From: Ramazzottius varieornatus | Lineage: Eukaryota; Animalia; Tardigrada | DNA: 64,000 nt | Assembly (NCBI GenBank): GCA_001949185.1 | Contig: BDGG01000013.1 | Span: 1,250,862 to 1,314,861, forward strand | Direction of reading: 5' to 3' | Part shown: in pieces, positions 62,522-64,000 of the stretch | How positions within the stretch are numbered: the first letter of the stretch is position 1 | Layout: every line of letters begins with the position of its first letter | Position numbers and translations under genes: made by a program | The notes under the pieces: model-generated | The model's input: only the letters and a program-made list of their open reading frames with translations | The model's database searches: none | What the model was told of the DNA's origin: nothing

Positions 62522-64000
62522 ATTAATGTTCTAACATGATGGAAGCAAAACGAACACGAGGCAAAGTTTGGCCTGTGGGGCCATCTGATCGCATTGATGG
62601 GCGTCGTCGACGCAGCTGTCGTAAAGTTGGTGGAGAAACTCTGAGCTGCGCCGGTCCCGTTAGCAAGCTCAGAGGCCCCCTTTATTGAACTTTCGCGGCT
62701 AATTAGCGTGCAGGGTGGGATGGTGGTCAGGACGTTTCACAAAGCGATAAAGCGACACAGGGAATTCTTCGGCACATCGAAGTCCGTCTGCGATCGAGAA
62801 TTACTATGGGAACTAGTCCATCACCTGACCATTAAACACAATTATCGTGAACAATAATTTTATCATTAATGTTCTAACATGATGGAAGCAAAACGAACAC
62901 GAGGCAAAGTTTGGCCTGTGGGGCCATCTGATCGCATCGATGGGCGTCGTCGACGCAGCTGTCGTAAAGTTGGTGGAGAAACTCTGAGCTGCGCCGGTCC
63001 CGTTAGCAAGCTCAGAGGCCCCAAGCAAGCATTTAATTTAAGAGGTTAGAGTAAATATTTAGTCCAGTCGCGTGGCTCTTCTTCCGTATGTATCCGGCGT
63101 AGCATGTGCTTTTCCAGCGACCGGCTTGCCGAATCTCATCGGGGTTCAGTCCTTGTCGAGAGGCTTCTGTCGCGGCGCCGATGCGGAAACTGTGCGTGGA
63201 ATAGCGACTCGCGTTCGGAAATCCGCTTAGGCAGCTCTTCAAAGTCGAGGCGAAGAAACTGCGCGTCAGTGGCGCACTCCGGAGTCGGACGAAGAAGGGT
63301 CCGTCCTGTGTCTCGGTATCAGGGCGTAGTTGCAGGTACTCTCGGATCGCCGCTACTGGACACACGGAGCGACCGGTGGCGGGAATTCGTATCTTGTTTC
63401 CTTTTGCGTACTGATCAGTTTTCGACGTTCGGAGTAGTAGTGAGATCGACTGTTGTTTGACTTTTACGTCCCTAAATTGTAGTGTGTGGGACGCAGGACC
63501 CCTCCTTGCCGTGAACTCGCTGGCGCGCAGGTAGCCAGAGTAGGCTAAGGTGCAGGCAGACCAGAATAGGGCTTTATCAAGCGGCGAAATTAACGGTTCT
63601 GACGTCAGACGTTGCTTCATGTGACGTAGCGTCGTAAGAGTGATTGGGAGCCTCCTATCTTTCGGCGTGGGGTGCAGGCGTTTGAAGCCTTGTAAGGACC
63701 GCGCAATGTCGGGGTGTTTGAGAAGACTTTCTTGACCTTGTTCGACGAAGTTGTTGTTGATTCCACTCAGGTAAACCTTCGCAGTGGAGTAGGAAATTTG
63801 TTTAGTGTGCAGGAAGCCTATGTACTGTAGGATGACGTTCGGATACCACCGGTAATGATCGTGGGCATGACTTTGGCAGAAAAGAGTGAACTGCCTGACG
63901 GCGGCACTGTAGGTGGCTCTCGTGCTTGCGCCGATGTGATGGTGGAGCAGGTCGTTAACCTCGCGCTGGTACTTCAGGGATACCAGCGGTCGTAGGTCTG
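62522..64000 (-). mobile_element. 3' end of an Ngaro-type (DIRS order) tyrosine-recombinase retrotransposon
   Basis: Split direct repeats B1 62865-63022 and B2 62522-62679 (158 bp each, 1 mismatch seen) flank a ~185-bp A segment carrying AATAAA on the minus strand, directly downstream of a YR gene. Confidence 0.9.
63033..64000 (-). CDS. Tyrosine recombinase of a DIRS/Ngaro retroelement (5' end outside window)
   Basis: Frame open from the window end: STRATYSAAVRQF, TAKVYLSGI, RLPIT, GYLRASE, SKTDQ, CPV, THSFRIGAAT, AGRWKS, YAGYIR. All catalytic residues present. Confidence 0.93.
   Translation of the reverse strand, partial: DLRPLVSLKYQREVNDLLHHHIGASTRATYSAAVRQFTLFCQSHAHDHYRWYPNVILQYIGFLHTKQISYSTAKVYLSGINNNFVEQGQESLLKHPDIARSLQGFKRLHPTPKDRRLPITLTTLRHMKQRLTSEPLISPLDKALFWSACTLAYSGYLRASEFTARRGPASHTLQFRDVKVKQQSISLLLRTSKTDQYAKGNKIRIPATGRSVCPVAAIREYLQLRPDTETQDGPFFVRLRSAPLTRSFFASTLKSCLSGFPNASRYSTHSFRIGAATEASRQGLNPDEIRQAGRWKSTCYAGYIRKKSHATGLNIYSNLLN

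Noticed and set aside
63033-64000. Bacterial/phage integrase acquired by horizontal transfer or contamination
   Set aside because: Motifs (RLPIT, SKTDQ, HSFRIGAAT, GRWKS) and the split direct repeats match eukaryotic DIRS/Ngaro retroelements.

Overview
Compact eukaryotic (invertebrate) genomic DNA with many short GT-AG introns. The gene families and intron style suggest a tardigrade such as Ramazzottius, but this is an inference. The left ~35 kb is gene-dense: a probably catalytically dead astacin-like secreted protein (runs off the window start), a tandem pair of divergent ionotropic receptors, MCCC2, AK7, a probable trypsin pseudogene, two DHRS11-like SDRs, an intact CUB-trypsin and a secreted S/T-rich mucin-like orphan. 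The right ~28 kb holds a cluster of natriuretic-peptide-receptor-like single-pass receptors. The two intact genes end after a ~40-aa cytoplasmic tail with no kinase-homology or guanylate cyclase domain, and two pseudogenes lie between them. The cluster is heavily invaded by transposons: a 5.9-kb element with an 8-bp TSD carrying a Ulp1/adenain-like protease relic, an apparently intact Tc4/Tc5-type element nested in it, a piggyBac transposase gene with an adjacent small spliced gene, many MITEs, and the 3' end of a young Ngaro-type tyrosine-recombinase retrotransposon. No rRNA, tRNA or CRISPR was seen. Gene models were spliced by eye, so boundaries can be off by a few bases.
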